Of a stretch of 64,000 nt of DNA, positions 58,536-64,000 are shown in pieces; positions within the stretch are counted from its first letter, which is position 1, and each line of letters opens with the position of its first letter. The stretch lies in the IMG/VR virus record IMGVR_UViG_3300030104_005963; one strand, 5' to 3'. The position numbers and the translations under genes were made by a program. Source of the DNA: a virus. The notes below the pieces were generated by a model. That model had not been told where the DNA came from. It saw only the letters and a list, made by a program, of their open reading frames with translations, and did no database searches.

Positions 58536-58991
58536 ATGAATTCATATGAAAATCCTTGGACTTACATGGAACGAACTTTTGATAGTAGTGATGTTGGGGA
58601 TTACTTTGGTTTTGTTTACTGTATTACCAATCTCATCAATGGACGACAATACATTGGGAGAAAGTATTTTTGGTCGTTCAGAACACCACCAGGAAAGAAA
58701 CGAAAAGTAAAACAAGAATCTGATTGGAAAAAATATTATGGATCTTGTCCTGAATTAAAAGAAGATATAAAAAAGATTAACAATAAAATATTTTTTAAGA
58801 GAGAAATTCTTTCTCTACATAAATCCAAAGGTGATTGTAATTTTGAAGAGACAAAACAATTATTTTTAAATAATGTCTTATCTGAGTCTCTTGACAACGG
58901 AACTCCTGCATATTATAATAGTAACATTCTCGGACGCTATATGCGGAAAGATTATGGTAACTTTGGAAAAAACTCTGGAGATAGCTCATGA
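58536..58991 (+). CDS. GIY-YIG endonuclease
   Basis: GFVYCITNLINGRQYIGRK...YYGS...YYNSNI. Confidence 0.85.
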   Translation: MNSYENPWTYMERTFDSSDVGDYFGFVYCITNLINGRQYIGRKYFWSFRTPPGKKRKVKQESDWKKYYGSCPELKEDIKKINNKIFFKREILSLHKSKGDCNFEETKQLFLNNVLSESLDNGTPAYYNSNILGRYMRKDYGNFGKNSGDSS

Positions 58992-59157
58992 ATGGGCAGT
59001 TGACAGAATGCACACTCTTTGTGATATGGAATCAAATGATGTGCTAGAATCAGTAGAGAATGCATATGCAATTCAAACAGAGTTTGCCGAATGGTTAGAC
59101 CCTACTATTAAAGATCATGAAATTTACTCACTCGAATATCTTGGAGACGATGATTAA
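58954..59157 (+). CDS. Hypothetical protein
   Basis: Revised start ATG 58954; AHEWAVDR...EFAEWL. Confidence 0.6.
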   Translation: MVTLEKTLEIAHEWAVDRMHTLCDMESNDVLESVENAYAIQTEFAEWLDPTIKDHEIYSLEYLGDDD

Positions 59158-59728
59158 AACGTTTATTGGACTTGGAATTGTTTCAGCTACAATTTCTTCT
59201 CAAATTTCTGAACAACTATTAGTAACAAAACCAAATCCTGTTAAAACTTCGACAGTTAAATATAAATCAACTTGGAAATGTCCAAAATGCACACCAGAAG
59301 AACAATATGTTCTTAAAAAATTACAAGAAAGCACTAAGATTACCGATAGAAATGCTCTTGCTACTATCTTAGGAAATATTAAACAGGAAAGTAAATTTGT
59401 TCCTAACATTTGTGAGGGTGGTGCTCGGGTTTCTTATAATGAATGTCGTGTTGGTGGATATGGTTTAATTCAATGGACTAGTATTGGTCGTTACAAAGGT
59501 CTTGGTAGATTTTGTAATAAGTATGCCTGTGATCCCAGTAGTCTGGAAGGTCAAACTCGTTATATGATTAATGAACCTATATTCCAAAAATATTTGCCTT
59601 CATTTGAAGGTAGTGGTCAAACTGTTCAACAATATATGATTCCGGCATACTATTGGTTAGGATGGGGTATCAAAGGTAAAAGAGAGTATTATTCTTATAA
59701 CTATAGTAAAAAACTGATATGGGCATAA
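59150..59728 (+). CDS. Phage tail-lysozyme-like muramidase with N-terminal signal
   Basis: ATILGNIKQES...GYGLIQWT...R lysozyme-like motifs. Confidence 0.75.
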   Translation: MIKTFIGLGIVSATISSQISEQLLVTKPNPVKTSTVKYKSTWKCPKCTPEEQYVLKKLQESTKITDRNALATILGNIKQESKFVPNICEGGARVSYNECRVGGYGLIQWTSIGRYKGLGRFCNKYACDPSSLEGQTRYMINEPIFQKYLPSFEGSGQTVQQYMIPAYYWLGWGIKGKREYYSYNYSKKLIWA

Positions 59729-60204
59729 TCAAAAAAGTCAAACAGTTGTTTAAAACACAAACTACTCTTCTCATGAAAAAAACTGGTACTTTTAAAGAAG
59801 AAGATGTTGAATGTTCTATTGATGAAGAAAAAATTGAATGCTCCAAATTAGAAACACCAATATTTGAGTGTGGACCAGGACATTTTAGTCATGGATATAG
59901 TCCATATGTTGGAATTCCTGCTCCAGTATATCTTAATGATGATTCGTGGTTTGGACCTGCTCCTGTTAGATCTCAAAACCAAATTGATTATATGCAACAA
60001 GAATACGAAATTAAACGACAGGAACGGGAAGAAAATTTTTCTGTAGAACCTAATGACATACATCAAAGAATGTATGAAATTGCCACTCAAAATAGTAATA
60101 CCACTATCGATATTAATCCTCCTGGTGGTTCAGAAAATTTTCTTGATGGAGGTTCTAATGGTTATGGATGGATGTCAGGAACTGGTAAGGAGCAATTTTT
60201 ATGA
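59719..60204 (+). CDS. Hypothetical protein
   Basis: 161-aa coupled ORF. Confidence 0.65.
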   Translation: MGIIKKVKQLFKTQTTLLMKKTGTFKEEDVECSIDEEKIECSKLETPIFECGPGHFSHGYSPYVGIPAPVYLNDDSWFGPAPVRSQNQIDYMQQEYEIKRQEREENFSVEPNDIHQRMYEIATQNSNTTIDINPPGGSENFLDGGSNGYGWMSGTGKEQFL

Positions 60205-60410
60205 CTGAAGATTGGCGTTATAGTGAGCAAAAACTTGTTCTTCGTGAACAGGCATTAAAAGTTCTTCTTTCTAAATATGGTGGTCAGATGGAAGGATCTA
60301 TTCCTAAGTATTCAACACAATCAATCTATGAGTGTGCTCACGATTGGATATCACAAGGAAATATTAATACATCAGGTATTGTTAGTTATTACAAGGCATA
60401 TTATTCATGA
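60201..60410 (+). CDS. Hypothetical protein
   Basis: 69 aa; SIYECAHDW; AAGGAG SD. Confidence 0.7.
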   Translation: MTEDWRYSEQKLVLREQALKVLLSKYGGQMEGSIPKYSTQSIYECAHDWISQGNINTSGIVSYYKAYYS

Positions 60411-61108
60411 AAAAAATTATTGCATCCCTGGTTGCTGCGGCAACGGTTGCCCTGCCTGTCCATTCAGACCCACTCCAAGAAAATGAGTACTATACTAGTC
60501 ACTCTACGGGGTGTATGTTACTTCGGGAATGTACAGATGGAGTCGAACAAGTCTTTAGTCTTCTGGATATTTCTAGTCAGTATCCCAATACTGACGATTT
60601 TTATTCTATTGCTAACGAATTCAACAACATGCTTGTCTCCCTTAGGAGGATCGGAGTTAAGGTGTTTCTAGCAGATGAAAAATATTTTCCTGTAGGACAT
60701 CGTGGTGTTTATCATACAGTGGGAAATAATTTTTTCTTAAATAAAACATTTATGAAACGTCCGGGTGTATTAATGAGTGTAATGCGTCATGAAGGATGGC
60801 ACGCCGCACAAGATTGTATGGCAGGAACTATTGAAAATAACATGATTGCTATTATTATGGATGAAGAAAAAGTTCCTGAGATATGGCAGGAAATGGCAAG
60901 AAGAACATATAAACATATGCCTAGTGCTATTCCATGGGAAAAAGAAGCAACTTGGGCAGGTAGAACTGCCGGTATGACTCAGAAAGCACTTAAATCTTGT
61001 GCTCGTGGTGATATGTGGACTGATTATAAACCTACACCTCTGACTAAAGAATGGTTAGAAAAAAATGGTTATATTAAACTTGATGGAACTAGTTACGGCA
61101 CTAAATAA
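60407..61108 (+). CDS. Secreted putative zinc metallopeptidase
   Basis: Signal-peptide-like N-terminus; HEGWH...WEKEA. Confidence 0.65.
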   Translation: MKKIIASLVAAATVALPVHSDPLQENEYYTSHSTGCMLLRECTDGVEQVFSLLDISSQYPNTDDFYSIANEFNNMLVSLRRIGVKVFLADEKYFPVGHRGVYHTVGNNFFLNKTFMKRPGVLMSVMRHEGWHAAQDCMAGTIENNMIAIIMDEEKVPEIWQEMARRTYKHMPSAIPWEKEATWAGRTAGMTQKALKSCARGDMWTDYKPTPLTKEWLEKNGYIKLDGTSYGTK

Positions 61109-61128
61109 TTCTGCCTTACTCTTTTACC

Positions 61129-61599
61129 ATGCCAGAAGAAGTAAAGAAAGACGAAGTAAAGAAAGAAGAATTAAAAGGAGATAAGAAAAAAGGACCACTT
61201 GGAAAGTTAAAAGAAAAAGTTGAGGACTCTGAGGAACAACTTAATATTATTTCAACTTTTGTTCGTCTAGGTATTCTTGTTTGGTCTGGTGGAATTCTTA
61301 CTCTTAATTATGTGACGATTCCTGGTTTTCCTCAAGGAAAAATTGATCCGACATTCATAGCCAGTGTTTTTACGGGGGTTTTAGCTACGTTCGGGGTTCA
61401 GACGGCAAAAAATAAAAATGGTAATGGTAATGGTAGTTCTTCTTCGGGTGCGATAAACAAATCTGATTTAGAAAAATTAATTAATGCAGCATCTCAAACT
61501 GCACCTGCACAAACTATCCGGATTGAGCAAGCACCTCTTCAAATTGGAAATCAACCACCTCAAGGACCACCAAAATCTAACGATTCCTATAAGATGTAA
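61129..61599 (+). CDS. Two-TM membrane protein
   Basis: VRLGILVWSGGILTL and IASVFTGVLATFGV helices. Confidence 0.7.
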   Translation: MPEEVKKDEVKKEELKGDKKKGPLGKLKEKVEDSEEQLNIISTFVRLGILVWSGGILTLNYVTIPGFPQGKIDPTFIASVFTGVLATFGVQTAKNKNGNGNGSSSSGAINKSDLEKLINAASQTAPAQTIRIEQAPLQIGNQPPQGPPKSNDSYKM

Positions 61600-61624
61600 T
61601 ACTGCCGAATTTAAAAAATAAATT

Positions 61625-62263
61625 ATGACTGATATTGTAAAACAGGTAAACCCCAAAGAAAAATTATCTAAACGCAGAAGATTTAGACGTAGAGGTCCAT
61701 TTAAATGGGTTCTTCTTGGTGTGGGTGGTTTAGTCGCAGTTGCACATATTGGTGCTCTTGGTCATCTAATGAAGATGACTGAGAAATATGCAGATAGACC
61801 ACAGTATCCTTCTATCAATCTTCCTACCGGAGAGTATTCATCATATGATGTAAAGGTGGGAAAAGAAGGATATGAAATTAGATATAATGCTAATGATCCG
61901 AAAGTATTAGTTAGGGAAAGTAATTTAGATTTAAAAAGTAGTAAAAAAGGATTTTTTGGTAGTTCTCAAAGTTTAGATAAAAATGAATATATTCGGAAAG
62001 AATATACAATGTATGGTGAGTCAAATGGAGGTAATGATCCTGAGGGAAAGTTGAGTGCCGAAAAGTTAACGTGTATCAAATCGGAAGGTTCTGGAGAGTC
62101 AACCGGTGCGATAGTGGGAGCTAGCATGACCAGTGGACTTGCTCCAGTATTAACTGGAATTCCTTATGTTGGATGGTTGGCTGCTGGATGGGCAACTATG
62201 TTAGGTCAAAATGTTGGAAGTAATCTTGGTGGTGAAATAGCAAAATCTGTTAGTGGTTGCTAA
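61625..62263 (+). CDS. Membrane protein with a glycine zipper
   Basis: N-terminal TM; GxxxG-rich C-terminus. Confidence 0.65.
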   Translation: MTDIVKQVNPKEKLSKRRRFRRRGPFKWVLLGVGGLVAVAHIGALGHLMKMTEKYADRPQYPSINLPTGEYSSYDVKVGKEGYEIRYNANDPKVLVRESNLDLKSSKKGFFGSSQSLDKNEYIRKEYTMYGESNGGNDPEGKLSAEKLTCIKSEGSGESTGAIVGASMTSGLAPVLTGIPYVGWLAAGWATMLGQNVGSNLGGEIAKSVSGC

Positions 62264-62322
62264 CAATTAATTAATTGGCATTGGTAAAAAATAACTAGAT
62301 AGTGTAGTTAAATTTTTTAAAT

Positions 62323-62646
62323 ATGAAGTTCTTTTTTGTACTTCTAACAACTTTCTTTTTAGCAGCACCGGCATGGGCTGTAGATGTTATAATGAACTCT
62401 GATGGTAATCTTCAGTTTGAACCATCTGATATCACAATTACTAAAGGAGAAAGCATACACTTTGTAAATGGTATGTTACCACCTCATAATATTATTGTGA
62501 ATGGTCGTCCTGATTTATCTAGAGAATCATTATTTTTTAGTCCTGGTCAAACTCAAGATATAAAATTTACTGAAGTAGGAGATTATGATATTTTTTGTGG
62601 GCATCATCAAGGTGCGGGCATGATTGGAACAGTACACGTTAACTAA
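62323..62646 (+). CDS. petE: Plastocyanin
   Basis: Signal AWA; LQFEP, PPHN and C-x-x-H-x4-M copper ligands. Confidence 0.92.
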   Translation: MKFFFVLLTTFFLAAPAWAVDVIMNSDGNLQFEPSDITITKGESIHFVNGMLPPHNIIVNGRPDLSRESLFFSPGQTQDIKFTEVGDYDIFCGHHQGAGMIGTVHVN

Positions 62647-62654
62647 AAAAATAA

Positions 62655-62948
62655 ATGGAATATACGATTACATGGAAATCATCTGACGGAACGGAAACTA
62701 CTTTTCAATGTGCAGATGACCAGTATCTATTAGAAGCTGCCGAAGATGTTGATATTGATGCACCGTCTTCATGCAAGGCAGGTGCTTGTTCTACATGTGC
62801 CGGTAAACTTGAAAGTGGAACGGTAAATCAGGAGGAGCAATCTTTTCTTGATGATGATCAAATAGAAGATGGATTTATCCTGACATGTGTATCATATCCA
62901 ATAAGTGACTGTGTTGTATTGGCAGAACAGGAGGAATGTCTTTATTGA
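62655..62948 (+). CDS. petF: [2Fe-2S] plant-type ferredoxin
   Basis: CKAGACSTC...ILTC. Confidence 0.96.
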   Translation: MEYTITWKSSDGTETTFQCADDQYLLEAAEDVDIDAPSSCKAGACSTCAGKLESGTVNQEEQSFLDDDQIEDGFILTCVSYPISDCVVLAEQEECLY

Positions 62949-62986
62949 TATAATTAAAATGAATTGAAAGAAATGGAGTTAATTAA

Positions 62987-64000
62987 ATGAAAGTTGGTAT
63001 TATTGGTTTAGGTAGAATGGGCGAGGGTATGTCTCGTCGGATGATGAAAGCAGGTATTGAAACCTGGGGTTATAGGCGTAACTATGCAAAGGCTGAAGAA
63101 GCATTTGAAAAAGGTTATGTCAGTGGAATTGCCACTGATTTAGAAAATCTTGTTAAAATAGTTCATCATGTAGATGGACAAGTTGGTAAATGTCCCGGAA
63201 TTTTTCAACTTGTTATTCCAGCAGAATTAGTAGAGGACACACTCAATGAGTTATTACCATTACTTGGCGACGGAGATATTATTATTGATCATGGCAATAG
63301 CAACTTTAAAGATTCTCGCAGGAGAGCAGAAAGGCTTTCTAAGTATGGTATCCAATATATTGACTGCGGTACTTCTGGTGGAGTTTACGGTCTGGAGCGT
63401 GGATACTGTCTTATGGTTGGTGGTGCAAGTGGCGCAGTATCTGCCTGTGCCCCTATTTTCAGGGCACTGGCACCTGGCATTGCCTCTGCACCCCGCACGG
63501 ACCCTTACACAAACGCAACATCTGCTGAGTATGGTTGGTTACACTGTGGAGGTCCTGGAGCAGGTCATTTTGTAAAGATGGTTCACAACGGAGTCGAATA
63601 TGGAATCATGCAAGCGTATGCAGAAGGGTTTAATATTCTCCATCATGGTAATCTTGGTTCCCAATATGTTAAGGAAGGGGATGCTGAGATTGCTCCGATG
63701 GAAAATCCGGCAGACTATCAATATGATATTGACACTGTTGAGGTGGCTGAGCTTTGGCGTCGTGGTAGCGTTGTTGGTAGTTGGTTACTTGATCTTACCG
63801 CTGATGTACTACGGCATGATCCTAAACTTAGCAAGTTCGATGGGGGAGTATCAGACTCTGGTGAAGGTCGTTGGACTCTTCACGCTGCTGTGGATCTTGG
63901 TGTACCCACACCTGTTATCTCTGCCGCACTATTTGAACGCTTTAATTCTAGAAGATTGGGCGAGTTCGGAAACAAAATCTTAAATGGTATGAGATATATG
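62987..64000 (+). CDS. gnd: 6-phosphogluconate dehydrogenase, 3' truncated (absent from ORF track)
   Basis: Translated from the DNA: MKVGIIGLGRMG, IDHGNS, DCGTSGG, GHFVKMVHNGVEY, DSGEGRWT. Confidence 0.95.
   Translation, partial: MKVGIIGLGRMGEGMSRRMMKAGIETWGYRRNYAKAEEAFEKGYVSGIATDLENLVKIVHHVDGQVGKCPGIFQLVIPAELVEDTLNELLPLLGDGDIIIDHGNSNFKDSRRRAERLSKYGIQYIDCGTSGGVYGLERGYCLMVGGASGAVSACAPIFRALAPGIASAPRTDPYTNATSAEYGWLHCGGPGAGHFVKMVHNGVEYGIMQAYAEGFNILHHGNLGSQYVKEGDAEIAPMENPADYQYDIDTVEVAELWRRGSVVGSWLLDLTADVLRHDPKLSKFDGGVSDSGEGRWTLHAAVDLGVPTPVISAALFERFNSRRLGEFGNKILNGMRYM

Noticed and set aside
58536-58991. GIY-YIG gene as a mobile homing endonuclease
   Set aside because: Short, with no obvious DNA-binding tail or intron context; more like a resident T4-like nuclease.
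1-64000. tRNA, CRISPR array, reverse transcriptase/DGR or alternative genetic code
   Set aside because: None seen by eye and core genes translate intact with the standard code; tRNAscan-SE and a CRISPR finder would be needed to exclude them formally.

Overview
AT-rich, gene-dense 64 kb segment of a T4-like cyanomyovirus (Kyanoviridae-type phage of marine Synechococcus/Prochlorococcus). Every credible gene is on the + strand. Order: partial large structural protein, neck/tail/packaging/head module (gp13-gp23, gp3), uvsY/uvsW, gp55-gp47-gp46, peptidase-vWA plus MoxR/CobS ATPase, gp45/speD/denV-like/gp44, a small-gene array with purS, dam, gp62/regA/hsp20, gp43/uvsX/gp41/mazG, a late-promoter island of unknown genes, gp61, nrdA/nrdB, accessory genes, then the auxiliary metabolic genes petE, petF and a nearly complete gnd. 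I saw no tRNA, rRNA, CRISPR array, intron or integrase. Best leads: (1) a cohort of late genes that look like head-packaged polyproteins processed by gp21, including a nucleotidyltransferase with a T4-like capsid-targeting N-terminus; (2) an accessory-gene array downstream of gp44 delimited by four ~21-bp degenerate direct repeats copying the gp44 3' end; (3) a recurring GACAGTT-N4-AACTGTC-like palindrome upstream of sigma70-type promoters; (4) SD-sequestering hairpins before gp18 and hsp20; (5) a near-consensus antisense promoter before gp55. All family assignments come from motif recognition and synteny; no database search was run.
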